Positions 15,868 through 29,669 of a stretch of 64,000 bases of DNA are shown piece after piece (the stretch's first letter is position 1; the number at the start of each line of letters is the position of its first letter). This stretch comes from the human T2T-CHM13v2.0 reference genome, Homo sapiens. The notes under the pieces are model-generated. The model saw nothing but the letters and a program-made list of their open reading frames with translations, ran no database searches and had not been told where the DNA came from. The position numbers and the translations under genes were made by a program. The stretch lies in contig CP068257.2 of the NCBI GenBank assembly GCA_009914755.4, positions 5,728,001 to 5,792,000 on the forward strand. The letters are read 5' to 3'.

Positions 15868-16408
15868 CCTGCCAACTAGCAGGGCTGAAAGAGGTGTAAC
15901 ATAAACAGGGCTGAAACGCGCTCCTTTCTTGCCAAATTGCAGGCAAGAAGAAGAGAAGAGAGAAGGAGAGAAGAGCTGTGTCCCTTCAGGGAACACACAC
16001 CTAGGAGCTCCTCCAACCAGGGCTGTGACACCTTCTTTGGGGCTCTGCAGGTCCTGCATCTCCAAGCTTCTGGGTGCCACTGCATTCCCTGATACCCACA
16101 GTGGAAGCTGTTTGCAGTCGGCCTGGTCCAGCTGCAGCCTCACAGGGAGCTGGCACCTGTGCCTGGAGCTGCCCACCCCACTGCAGCTGGCATGCTTGGC
16201 TGTGTGCAGTGGCAGATCCCATGCTCGCTTGCTCACACACCCCTCACTGCTCTGTACCCAGCTCGCCCTTGGCAGGTGTGGGATCCAGACCACTAGCATG
16301 AGCTGAGTGGACAGAACTAACCCAGTGGGCCCGAGCAAAACACAGGTAAAGGTGCCACCAGCCAGAGGTTTCAGGCAGAAAAGTGACACCTCAGGATTCT
16401 GTAACACT
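15868..16408 (+). repeat. Copy 1 of a ~540-bp dispersed repeat (probable solo LTR, family unassigned), nested inside the ERV-L-like element
   Basis: ~80% identical to the reverse complement of 32597-33165 over the full length with sharp boundaries at both ends in both copies. Confidence 0.75.
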
Positions 16409-17199
16409 TGTGTCCTTTGATCTCTCTGAGCAGCTGGGGATCATGGTAAATTTTCTCTCGGATTTCAGAGCTCCATGGATTTGTGTTTTGAGCTCTGAGT
16501 TTCTTTGAGCAAATTTCTGTTCCAAACTGCTATCCAGCCATGACTGGCTGGATGTTTTAGAAGTTATGACAGAAAACGGACCGGGTCCAGGATCAGATTT
16601 GATCCAGTAGTTAATTGGCTTGAATCCAGTTCCAGTTAGAGGCCTCCTACATCTGACTGGGTCAGAAGGAAAGTGGTAGTAAATGATAATATTGGAAGAT
16701 TGTAACATTTGGCTTTTGAAAATTCACAGGGATTTTTGTGTTCTACCCCTTTGTTTCATTTTTCTCGCACGGTTAGGCAGGAAAAAAAAATCATTGGCTA
16801 AGTTAATGAAGGGAACCTGGGAGTAAAGCCAATATTTTAGGTAAAAATAGGATCCTTAATTTCTGGAAAACTAAGCTCCTTCTGGCTAATACATTAGGCC
16901 TGGGAAGCAGCAAAGTCTTACAGAAATGGCAAAATCTTATTAAGATAACTTACAGTGGAACATTCCAAATGAATAATGCCCTGAAGTGCATTTAAAAATG
17001 AGGGTTCCCAAATTAGTCTCATCTAGGGATGCCTATTAATATGCAGAAGCTTCTAAAAAGATTTAGAGATGGCACCGCCCATCTGGGAGCAAGTTTGAGT
17101 CTTACCAGTTTGATACTGGGTGCTGAGCAAAGTGGCACGTGTCTATGTTTTGTCACATGTATTTTGCTCTGGGCAGAATGAAAAATGTTAATTTGGTTA

Positions 17200-17647
<448 letters not shown>

Positions 17648-18110
17648 GAAAGAATAATAGGTTTGTCTATGAGGTTTTATGAAAAAGTGGGTGACATTTG
17701 GCTTTCTCACTTTAAAGAAGATGTTCAGGTAATATTAAAAAATAATGAAAAATTTGTTTGCCTTTTAAATAAACTACCAAAAAAAAAAAAAAAGGAAAAA
17801 CAAGAGGCAGATCGTTTGTGAAGATGTCTTCCCTCTATCAATGAGTAAAGATTTTTGCCCTTTAAAACTTTTTTAAGTCATGATTTTAAGTAAATGAATG
17901 ACTTACGGTGACCTGGAATTCTATTTCATAACATCAAGTGTTTAAACTTTTAATATATTTAATAGGCTTCCCAAAATCAAATTTCAACTTCAAAATTGTC
18001 TTTTCTGACCTCTAACTTTGGGATACTACAGAGGCCCTTGAAGCACCCAAAAGAGAGGTAAACAGGACTATTTAACATGTTAAGTCACATGGGTAGCACT
18101 GTCAAAATAA

Positions 18111-18488
<378 letters not shown>

Positions 18489-18537
18489 AGGATTCTAAAA
18501 TTCTAATATGCCTATATGCTATCTATCATAATTACCT

Positions 18538-18835
<298 letters not shown>

Positions 18836-19132
18836 TAATTATGGTTATTAAGTTATTGTAGACCACAGAAATAACCAAATTTCCTTATCAATTGTCTTTA
18901 ACTATAACTATTTAAAGTCATTTCCACAGTTAATTGCTTAATGATGATGCAGTTTCTAAAAACTTCACAAGCATGCAAAATTCTAGAATAGAAGATTCAT
19001 GAAAGAATGAAAAGGACCATGAAAAACACTCGGGAACACAGGTTTCTAATAACTTTAATATCATGGGTAAAAATTCCCCATAAGTTCCCCGATCCCCCAA
19101 TAATTGGACTGGTGAAGAATTCTCAAAAGTTA

Positions 19133-19522
<390 letters not shown>

Positions 19523-20725
19523 CTAAATCACCAATATTGAAATTGTTTAGATATATAATTTAAATAAACTCCATGGTCTAAGCCAAATTACCTATAACTC
19601 ATCAGTTACCAGTGCCATGCACCTAATTTGAAGAAACAGCTGGTATTCAAGAGGATGTAAGTCTAATGTTAATTAAGCACGGACTTATGAATAACCAGGA
19701 TGGCCACCTTTCCGTCTTAAGTCCTTAAAACTTTTGTTATTAAAAGTTCTGCATTCCATAACTCATCATGGAAAGAGAAAATGATCCAAATTAAATATAT
19801 TGCTGTGGTGATCTCTAAATTGCTAAAATAGTTTATAATCAATGTTTGGTATGTCGAACCTATATTCCTAGGAAAACAATCAAAACTTCAGGTGCATTTG
19901 GTTACCTGATGGGCCATTTAAACATTTTATAAAGGGATTTCATTCAGTTGTCATTTTCAGTGCATGTTTTCTGATTGTAAAAAAGCTCTTCCATGCAAGA
20001 GGGTTGATGTTAAAACAGTAGATTATTATGCTGAAGTGTATTTTCACCAGATAAAGAAAGCCTTTTATGGTTCACAGAGGACAGCCAACCCCTTCACAAT
20101 CTAGAATCTGATGACTGGATCTTCTGAGAACATCAGAGGACTGCCCTTGCCATTCACATGACAGCAAAACTTTAAAACCTTAAACTTTGGGTTCATAGTC
20201 TTACAACTCAGAAGGGTCCCTCCACACTTGGAACCATACACCCCTTGGAACCCTTAAGGTAAAGCTAACAAGGACAGTTCCCCCCCAGAAGAAGATGGCA
20301 TCCTTAATGTGAACAGCTTTTCCCAAGATCACAGATCAAGACTTCTCTACTATCATGAGACTCTTATCTTAAGTATCTGTGCAGCTGCTAACATGGCATA
20401 TGGAGAAAACATCGGGTATTATAAAGATTTGGTTGTAGGGAATTAACAAAAAGACCCACTTAGTTAAGCAAGTAAACTCTTTATCTAATTCATTCTTTAA
20501 TCTATTTGATTTTAGGTGGTTTGATTTATGGGGACCCTGAGTAAGGAGCATATACCAAATTCTTGGTGTTATCCCAATAGTCATAAGAGTCTCCCTGGTG
20601 CACTGTACTTACTCAAATGTTTTAAGAGTTTGCATGCAGCCATCTCTAAAATGTCAAATGGTATCTCTTCAACTGGAATGACAACAGATTAAAAAAATGT
20701 GCAATCATAAGGACACCGTAACCTA

Positions 20726-21008
20726 TGAGTGACATGCTAAACCAGAAACCCAAAACAATGGGAGTGACATGCTAAACCAGAAACCCAAAACAATGGGACT
20801 GATGTACTAAAACCGGAACCCAAAACAATGGGAGTGATGTACTAAAACCAGAACCCAAAACAATGGGAGTGACGTGCTAAACCAGAAACCCAAAACAATG
20901 GGAGTAACATGCTAAAACCAGAACCCAAAACAATGGGAGTGACGTGCTAAAACCATTACCCAAAACAATGGGAGTGATGTGCTAAACCGGAAACCCAAAA
21001 CAATGGTA
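20726..21008. repeat. Minisatellite, ~37-bp unit x ~7.5 (CAATGGGAGTGACATGCTAAACCAGAAACCCAAAA)
   Basis: Tandem copies with point variants (GACGTG/GATGTA, AACCAG/AACCGG) read directly. Confidence 0.9.
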
Positions 21009-21082
21009 ACTAAGAGTGGGGCTAAGGCCCTACATTTTGGTCACACTCTCAACTAAGTGAGAACTTGACTGAAAAGGAGGAT

Positions 21083-21375
21083 TTTTTTTTTTCTGAGACA
21101 GAGTCTTGCTCTGTCCCCCAGAGTGGAGTGCAGTGGCATGATCTCGGCTCACTGCAAGCTCTGCCTCCCGGGTTCAGGCCATTCTCCTGCCTCAGCCTCC
21201 TGAGTAGCTGGGACTACAGGCACCCGCCAGCATGCTTGGCTATTTTTTTGTGTATTTAGTAGAGATGGGGTTTCACCGTATTAGCAAGGATGGTCTCAAT
21301 CTCCTGATCTCGTGATCTGCCCACCTCGGCCTTCCAAAGTGCTGGGATTACAGGCATGAGCCACCGTGCCCAGCC
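21083..21375 (-). mobile_element. Alu SINE nested in ERV interior
   Basis: T-run, GAGACAGAGTCTTGCTCTGTCCCCCAGAGTGGAGTGCAGTGG ... GGCATGAGCCACCGTGCCCAGCC; ~15-bp TSD AAAAGGAGGA(T/A)TTTTT. Confidence 0.95.
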
Positions 21376-21724
21376 AAAAGGAGGAATTTTTTAAGCAAAA
21401 TTATGGGAGGCCATTGTTTTGAACTAAGCTCATGCAATAGGTCCCAACAGAACAAACCAAACCAAAATGGAGTCACTCATGCTAAATGGAACATAATCAA
21501 ACTAAGACTTTAAGGAAACACATAAATCCTAGAACAAACCAGGTTTTGTTTTTCTCCTGTAAACAGGATGTTCCAGCATAAGAAGACAACTTCTACTCAA
21601 GTCCTTGTTCCACCTTTTCAAATCTCACTGTTCTATTTCCCAGTGGGTTTCTAAACCAAATAAGTACATTTGCAAGGGTAATAGTGACACCAGTGACTGA
21701 AGTTTTGGCCAATCTCTCAAAATT

Positions 21725-21748
21725 GAGAAAATAACCAAAGGGAAGGCA
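21725..21748 (+). other. Polypurine tract preceding the 3' LTR
   Basis: GAGAAAATAACCAAAGGGAAGGCA immediately 5' of LTR start TGTTA at 21750. Confidence 0.55.
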
Positions 21749-21749
21749 T

Positions 21750-22148
21750 TGTTAAAGTGAACTAAGTATGTCCTGAGAAGGACTCCATAATTATATATAT
21801 GAGTCCTTGTGGGTGACCTGCAACCTATCTTAATAGGTAAACAAGAATGAAAACCTAACTTGAGTGTATGCACCTCAAACAACAGCTACATCTTGGCCAA
21901 TCCCAATGGCCAAACTTCAACCACTCAGGCACTGCCAAATGTTCAAACTGTGCTCAAACAAGGCAAACGCTGAGTTGTTTCTGTACCTCACTTCCGATTT
22001 CGGTATGCCACTTCCCTTTTGTCTACAAATCTTCTTCCACCACATGACTGTGCTGGAGTCTCTGTGAATCTGCTGTGATTCTGGGGACTTTCCGATTCAT
22101 GAATCGTTTATTGCTCAATTAAACTCCTTTAAAGTTTTTCTTTTAACA
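21750..22148 (+). repeat. 3' LTR of the ERV-L-like element
   Basis: Homologous to 14537-15013; TATA-like CTACAAATC/TATAAATC region and AATTAAA signal; ends …TTTTAACA followed by GAAC. Confidence 0.8.
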
Positions 22149-23134
22149 GAACTAACACGGAAGAATTTCCAGATCATGAACAGATGTTTTGTAATACCCA
22201 ACGTTGTATTAACATGAATAGACTCTTCCTTAGATAGCTAACCTTGTTTTTAATATGAATAGACTCTCCCTTAGCTGAGAAAACCAGACAAACTCCATTT
22301 GGCTCCTTCATTTACAAGACATCAAGGGCTCCTTACCCACCCCCTTTCCTCAAGGACTTTAACTTGTGCAAGCTGATTTTCAACATATCAAAGAGTGCAA
22401 TTAACTGATAAAGTGCTGAGGCAAGTGATGTCCGCAGTTCCCAGCAAATTACTCAGAGATAATATCATAAAGCCCCCACATTTGTCTGGAAGATAATGCC
22501 CAGAGCCCCCTCACTCATCACTTTGTGGTGAATTTAAAGCCTCTGCACCTGGAACAGTTTGTTTTCCTGTAACCATCTGTCTTTTTAAGTTTTTTGTCTG
22601 TTTTTTCTTCTGTAAGTTTATTGCAGCTGGAATCCCCCCTCCCCTCTCTAAACCAATGTATAAAAGAAAATCTAGCCCATTCTTTAGGGCCGAGAGTATT
22701 TCCTGTGTTAGCCATCTCTCAGTCACCAGCTAATAAAGGACTCCTGAATTCGTCTCAAAGTGTGGCATTTCTAACTCGTTTGGGTACAACAGTTTCAACT
22801 ATGGTAGAAGACTCGAGTAAGACAAATACAGCCCCCCTAAATTTGACTATTATTTAGGTTAATGGTGAGTTTAGAAGAAATAAGTTAAGACTACACAGAG
22901 TGGGCTAAATTGCAAATAAACACTGAAAATATTTCCCAGAAAATATGACTTTGAACAGGCTGCTGCACACCCTGCATGTAGAGATAAACTAAGAAAAATG
23001 TGTGGAGAGTTATTTAAGGACCTGTGGTTAACTCAGTCCTCAAGATGTTCTGGGTTTCATCCATGAGTCAAGGAGGACCTCCCAAAAGCTGTTTGGGACC
23101 ACACTCTTTGAGCAAGGAGCATACCTTATGATGG

Positions 23135-23347
23135 AAGCTGTGCTTTAGCAGCAGATGACCATTTCCACTGCACAACACGCCGTGCTTTAGCAGACGATGA
23201 CCATTTCCACTGTACAACATGCTGTGCTTTAGCGTCAGATGACCATTTCCACTGCACAACACGCCATGCTTTAGCGGAAAATGACCATTTCCACTGCACA
23301 ACACGCCATGCCTTAGCGGAAGATGACTGTTTCCACTGCACAACACT
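23135..23347. repeat. Minisatellite, 42-bp unit x 5 (GTGCTTTAGCAGCAGATGACCATTTCCACTGCACAACACGCC)
   Basis: Five tandem copies; produces the repetitive VVQWKWSS.AKA translations in both minus-strand ORFs. Confidence 0.9.
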
Positions 23348-25639
23348 ACAAGTGCTTACTGCCAGACCGGTGTGAAATATGTTCCAGCACATAATCTATG
23401 TCACCAATGAAGGTGGTGGTTAAGACTTGGTGCACACAAGCTTTCCTGTCCCACAAGAACACAGCATGCTCTCTTTTCGGGTTCCATTCCAATCACGTAA
23501 GAAACATGACTGCCTTTTTTGTTTCGGCATCAGAAAGATCAGAGGAAACTTTGCACTCAACTTAGACAACTCTAAGCTTTTATAACCTGTCTATATCTAC
23601 AGGTCAGCTTTATCTTATTTATGTATATTTCCTTCAACCTGAGTTTTACTTATTTCCACTTTTCCTTTTTAATTCACAGACACCCATAAACTCAGAAAAT
23701 ACAGTGTAAAACAAAGTGAAGAACAAATAAACAACTCACCAGAGATTTATTCGTTTCTTGTTGCTCTTGGAAACACCCAGAGGACACTGGAAACATAGCT
23801 GGAAGAGAAGGCAAATGACGTCGATTAAGGAGAGAACTGGTGAGGTGTGGTCCCAGATTCTTCTGCCCAACACTCTAGACACATTACCTGGAAAAGCCCT
23901 CCTCCCTCCGGAAAAAGAAAAACTTCCCCATGGGAGAAGAGTCCTTCACACCTCATTAGGGGCAGCAGAGACTCAAGTTAAGATAAGATACATCTACAAG
24001 TACATTAATTGGTAGACATTAGATGCACAATTTATTTTTGAATAAAAATATGTATTACCTACTAATTTAGTAACAATATTACCTAAAGATATAATCTAAT
24101 AATTTAATACAAAGAAACATTATAAGTTCACTAAAATAAATGTTATAGAAATATACTGGGCTGTATTAACTATTTTCCTATTAACATGTGGATTCCACAG
24201 ATAACTTCATATGAGTATTCCCATGACAGTACATCTTGCTTTTCTATACCTGAACATCATGGAAAGTGCATCTTGCAACCCAGTAATTTTGGCCTACGTT
24301 TTTTAAAATGTACATAATATGTATTTCCTGCAGTACACCATTCTACTCATGTTTCCCAATAACACCTTTCCCTGTATCCAAGCCCTCATATTATGCTCTG
24401 ACAATAAATTGGGCTTTTCCATCTGACTTGTCCAGTGAATGGACAATGGAAAATGTGATGCAAATATCCATTGGTTCTTGCCTTTTTGGACACAGTCATA
24501 TTGTGAAGAGGTCTGGAGCTACCCTGTTGGAGACACAGGGCCTAGCCAAGAGTCACCACAAACCACCAGATTGTGAAGGAAACTATCTTAAACCAACCAG
24601 GCTCAGTCAAGGCACCAGGTGACTAAGGCCTGTTTTGTGATCCAGGCAACACAAATATATCAACTACCCAGCTGAACCCACCACACCAAAATGCAGATCC
24701 ACAGAACTTCAAACAAATAAAATGGTGGTTGTTTTTTATAAGCTAGTAAGGTTTAATTAGTTCCTTAAACAGCAAATATTAACTGTTACACCTAAGTGAA
24801 TAGAATTCAATATGTTTTTAACGAAATTATGTAGGGGGAGAAAGTCTTAAATTACAAATCAAATGCAATCAATAGAACTTCACAATCTATGCTAAATTTG
24901 GTGATGGACTAGGTTTAATATATCTCAGACACTGGAAACAACAAGCTAAGTTTGAAGGAATGGGACTGTATTTGGAGAGTATTTCAATCTTTTCAAGTAT
25001 GACAGGTCACTCCTGCACCCCAGACCACACTTTCAGGCCCCTTCAAATAAGGAATATTTCCTAGGTCCTTGCCTGTTCTTCTCAGCTGAATTCACCTCAA
25101 CCTTCTGAAAGTTCTTCCAAACCTTCCACTATCACCTAGTCTTTGAAAATCTTGTGCATTCTAGGGAGTAGAATTAATATTTCCTGAGCGAGGAAAACTG
25201 GGATCTTCACCTGCGACCTTTTATCCTCCTCTGAAGCACCAGTGAGAAGTTAGACCAGAGGGCTGTTCTTTCAAGTGCGCTTCTTATTCATAGGGAACCC
25301 TCCCTTTCAAACTTTATAACACACAGTGAAGACTGAAGTACCCTTAAGGCTGAAGACCATCATCCAGTACCCCATCTCCCTCGCGGAATCAGTGAGTTCC
25401 TCCATGGAAACTAGGTCTCGTATAAACTTCCATAAATGCAATCCAGGAGGACTAGGCAGGTCACACAGTGAAGGAGGGAACCAGAAACTTCACTTGTTAA
25501 ATAGACACCAGGAAACCCAACTAATACAAACGCCCAGCTTGAGACTAGAGGCACACGCATTTCGCACTACTACTCTGGGAATGGGGAACGTCTCCCGAGA
25601 ACTGTGTGTTAGCACGGGGACAGATGGGCAAACTGAGCT

Positions 25640-26220
25640 ACATGAGGGTTGGTAACCGGGTCCCTCAGTGGCAGGACAGGAGCGCGGCCTGCAGACTCCG
25701 GGCCCAGGGCCACCAGCCTCGCCTACCCACTCCTGCGCCTCTGGAACCCGCTTCACTGCTGGGACCCCACGTCTGTCCTCCCAGCCCCCGCCAGGGTCCA
25801 CGGCCCGCAAATGCACGTCAGGCCCCTCCTGCCCGCGATGCGCCCACGCGTCTGCCCCCACAAATGGGGAACACTGGTCTGGCCCCCCGGGATCCCCCGA
25901 GGCCCACAGGTTCCTCTTCGCCCTCGCACCTACCTACAGGGACATAGAACCAAGCCCCAGGCCTGCTCAGCTACACGACCGCCGCTGGGATCCGCACTTC
26001 CGGAGGAAAATGGCGAAGTGGGCGGGGCGGCGCATGCGCAGAGAGAAAAGCTGGTTCCCAAGGTCCTTGATGGTAACATCATTGGAAGGTGACACTACAT
26101 TTCCTATGAGGCTCTGCGGTCCCCCGTTAGGAACGCACGCCGGACATTCTGTTTTGCCCAGCAGTGAGTCCAGTTACCCGGAGACCCGGAGTTAATGGAT
26201 CAGGACTGGTCCCTACCCAC
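25640..26220. promoter_or_regulatory. CpG island with housekeeping-type promoter motif cluster (NRF1 GCGCATGCGC 26030-26039; ETS CCGCACTTCCGG 25992-26003; YY1-like AAAATGGCG 26007-26015; Sp1 GC-box GGGCGGGGC ~26019-26028)
   Basis: Sharp local rise in G+C and CpG density relative to flanks; the four motifs sit within ~50 bp; gene identity unknown. Confidence 0.65.
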
Positions 26221-26334
26221 GTGACACAGATGTGGCATTCTGGTTCGTTATTAAATCCTGGTTTCACAGCCTGGGACATTGTGAAAATAATGGAGAAATT
26301 CCAATAGAAACCAATTGGTCTATGCTGTTAATGA

Positions 26335-26633
<299 letters not shown>

Positions 26634-27049
26634 TCAAGTCTATTTTTCATAGATGCATTCGAAAGCATGAAAAAAATCATGTCTCTATTTTACTTTAAAT
26701 TTTTAAAAACACAACTAATGAATATGGTAATTCTCTTCCAATCTGTTATCTTTTATCTCACGAAACTAATTTGTGAGCTTTCAATTTACACAGTTAGAAA
26801 AAAATGCTCTAGTGTATATACTAGGATAAAATAACAGGGTCATAAGACAAGTGCACTCCATAATCTTTGTGACAACTTACACTTCCAGTGTCTGATGAAC
26901 ATTTGCCCATAAACTCCCACGTTTCATCCATCCATCCATCAATCAAATCTACCTATCTTTATTTATTTATTGTGCGAAATACCTGAACTTTGCCTTTCCT
27001 TCCCTGATTTCTGCCACAAACTAGGCAAGGAGTTCTGCCTAGGGGTTTT

Positions 27050-27620
27050 TCAGAGCTCCGGCTACCACCGAGGTTCCTAACAGGGAAATTCCCAGCTTGA
27101 ATGCTTGGGGTTGATGTGGGAGTGCGTGTGAAACGGGTGTGGGGTGAAAGGGCAGTGAACTTTGTAGGTGGGTAGATGGGGGTGTGAAGGGCTTTCAGGT
27201 AAGAGGCACAGAGGAAACTGGGAGAGGCAGCGAAAGCACTTCACGCCTCAGATCACCAGAAGATGCTCCCACCAGCACCATGACAGTTTGCCAGTGCCAT
27301 GGCAACACAGGAAGTCCCCACCCCTTGCCATGGAAACAGCTGGAAGTTACTGCCCATTTCTAGCTATTTCTGAGTAACCCGCCCCTTAATTAGCATGTCA
27401 TTAAAAGTGAATTATAAAAATGACTACAAGCCACCCCTAGGCTGCTACTCTGGGAGCACAACCCACAGAGGGCTCCCTGCCCTGCAGGAGCGGACGCAGG
27501 GCTGTAACACCGCCAATGCCTCCATAGAGCTGCTTTATTCCACCACAGGCTTGCTTTTGGATTCCTTCCTGAGCGACGCCAAGAACCTGCCCTTCCTCAG
27601 TGTGACTCTTGCCTAAAATC
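27050..27620 (+). repeat. LTR-like segment (ERV class I-type solo LTR suspected) with duplicated CCATGG(C/A)AAC…GGAAGT motif
   Basis: CCATGGCAACACAGGAAGTCCCCACCCCTTG CCATGGAAACAGCTGGAAGTTACTGCCC tandem motif, TATAAAAA, CCAAT-like GCCAATGCC; family not assigned. Confidence 0.35.
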
Positions 27621-28570
27621 TATCCCTGGTTTTCTCTTTTCCTAAGCATGCCCTGACTTGTTCTTTCATCTCCTCTGAACTTGCAATTGCTCCTCAGTGA
27701 CTCTATTCTGCAGATCCAGAAAACTCAACCTTAATCTTCCCAGAGCCCTGTTGTCTCCAATATTGGAATATCTAGCCTTGCTTTCTCAGACGCCTAGATT
27801 ACAGGCCTCTCTCTTGAACACCTATTGGTAAGGTATCCGGGGATCCTTTAAATACACGATGATTGGCAGGGTTTACATAGGGGAAATCAGTGCCTGACAA
27901 TTTGCCTTCCAGGATATGGATTGTCATTCCCTCTCTTTGTGGGCCCCAGTCTCCTATACATAAAAGTAGAGATTGTAATACTCATTTGACTTGCAGATAC
28001 CTCACCCCGAACCCACCTACTATAATGTAAAAGCCAAGAATGCAAACCCTTTCCTCACCCCGTGAAGGTAAAGTCCTCAGAGCCAAGGAGAGAAGGCTCA
28101 GGGATGGTACCTGGGTGTTTCCAACACTAACCATGCATTGTAGTTTTTAGTGTTCAAGTTTAAGCTTCTTATGTTAAAGTTACCCCAGCTTTAATTATAT
28201 TGTAACAAGATTTATTTTTGTAATTCCATTTTTGGATTCTTGATTTCTTGGTAAAGAAATACAGTTATTTTTGTATACCAATCTTATATAGTGTTACATT
28301 CCAAAATTTGTTCATGAGTCCTAACACTTTTTAGTAAATTTCTTATGATTTTCTAAATGCAAGATCATGTCATCTGTACATAAAGATAACTGTACTTCTT
28401 CCTTTCCAATCTAGATGCCGTTTATTTATTTACATTGCCAAGTTGTCCCAGCTACCACTGTTATCAAGTAAAAGGGTCTCACTACCCAAAGCTCTAGAAG
28501 CCAGTAACATGACACTGAGTTTTTGAGAAGAGAAAAACTTTAAAGTTAAACCAAAACCTATGGGATACAG

Positions 28571-28885
28571 GCCAGGCGCAGTGGCTCATGCCTGTAATCC
28601 CAGCACTTTGGGAGGCCGAGTTGGGTGGATCACAAGGTCAGGAGATCGAGACCATCCTGGCTAACACGGTGAAACCCCGTCTCTACTAAAAATACAAAAA
28701 ACAAAAATTAGCTGGGCATGGTGGCAGGCACCTGTAGTCCCAGCTACTCGGCTGAGGCAGGAGAATGGCATGAACCCAGAAGGCAGAGCTTGTAGTAAGC
28801 CAAGATTGCACCACTGCACTCCAGCCTGGGCAACAGAGAGAGACTCCGTCTCCAAAAATAAACAAAAACAAGAAAACAAAAAACA
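28571..28885 (+). mobile_element. Alu SINE (AluY-like, young) nested in L1, perfect 17-bp TSD
   Basis: GGCCAGGCGCAGTGGCTCATGCCTGTAATCCCAGCACTTTGGGAGGCCGAG..GATCGAGACCATCCTGGCTAACACGGTGAAACCCCGTCTC; TSD AAACCTATGGGATACAG at 28554-28570 and ~28886-28902. Confidence 0.95.
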
Positions 28886-29308
28886 AACCTATGGGATACA
28901 GTAAAAACAGTACTAAGGAGTAAGTTTATAGCAAAAAGCACCTACATCAAAAAAAGTAGAAAAACTTCAAATAAACAACCTAATAATGCATCTTAAATAG
29001 TTAGAAAAGCAAGAGCAAACCAAAACCAAAATTAGTAGAAGGAAACATAACAAAGATCAGAGCAGAAATAAATGAAATTGAAATTTAAAAATATAAAATA
29101 TCAATGAAATGAAAAGTTAATATTTTTTTAAAAGATCAACAAAATCAACAAACATTTAGCCAGACTAAGAGAAAAGAGAGAAGACTCAAATACATAAAAC
29201 CAGAGATTAAAAAGGAGACACTGCAACTGATACTGCAGAAATTCAAGTAATCATTAGAAACTATTATGACCAACTATATTCCAATAAATTGAAAAACCTG
29301 CAAGTCAT

Positions 29309-29669
<361 letters not shown>

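Noticed and set aside
15817-16407. 196-aa minus-strand ORF, with its counterpart the 183-aa ORF at 32607-33158, as candidate protein-coding genes
   Set aside because: Both lie wholly within the two inverted copies of the same GC-rich ~540-bp dispersed repeat. The long ORFs arise from GC-richness and have no start-context or domain support.
25668-26195. 175-aa ORF (and overlapping 147-aa and 113-aa ORFs) across the CpG island as a coding exon
   Set aside because: They sit in three overlapping frames in a GC-rich island, which is typical of chance ORFs in CpG islands. The proline/arginine-rich low-complexity translation has no recognisable domain.
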